DNA from: an uncultured Ignavibacteriales bacterium
Lineage (GTDB): Bacteria > Bacteroidota > Ignavibacteria > Ignavibacteriales > Ignavibacteriaceae
DNA length: 64,000 nucleotides
Direction: 5' to 3'
NCBI GenBank assembly: GCA_963764685.1
Contig: CAVXTT010000032.1
Location: 36,472 to 100,471 of the forward strand
Below the pieces are notes generated by a model that saw nothing but the letters and a program-made list of their open reading frames with translations, did not search any database and was not told the DNA's origin. The translations under genes and the position numbers were made by a program. Positions 63,974 to 64,000 of this stretch are shown here, one piece after another; position 1 is the stretch's first letter; the number at the start of each line of letters is the position of its first letter.

Positions 63974-64000
63974 CTGACCTGTTCCCAGATTTTAGATACT

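Overview
The window is dense, mostly housekeeping bacterial chromosome with visibly low G+C. I call about 55 protein genes, one tRNA-Pro(GGG), a few intrinsic terminators, a dif-like site and two copies of an 11-bp repeat element. I found no rRNA, CRISPR array, IS element, prophage or recognisable defence island. Four secreted proteins end in the NYPNPFNPST...KKMxxxK type of T9SS sorting domain: endonuclease I, a C25 peptidase, a BNR/Asp-box propeller and an S8 peptidase. Together with DUF5683 after parB and a DUF4270-like gene after glgA, this suggests the FCB superphylum, with an Ignavibacteria/Bacteroidota-like look. That taxonomic placement is inference only. Recognisable genes include korAB, typA, a hutI/ftcD/cyclodeaminase module, glgA, gmhB, glyA, tatC, a polyprenyl synthase, rpe, folP, cdaA, parAB, argD-like, nadB, ppx, aroQ, purF, pgsA-like, ftsY, hbd plus a thiolase, holB, hprK, hpf, a Xer recombinase, topA, ybeY and an S41 protease. 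Three observations stand out. (1) A 28-bp dif-like XerC/D site lies in an ORF-free gap exactly where a long plus-strand gene run meets a long minus-strand run, so this is a candidate replication terminus. (2) Two copies of a roughly 100-bp imperfect palindrome built from 11-bp GAGGATTAGAT/CAGGATTAGAT units lie 33 kb apart, and I cannot assign them to a known class. (3) About 30 reading-frame breaks occur in about 20 otherwise intact genes, including essential ones. Several sit in short homopolymers, so I read them as assembly indels rather than biology. I did not find a convincing novel multi-gene system. The remaining candidates are non-coding elements and ORF-free spacers, listed below with low to moderate interest.
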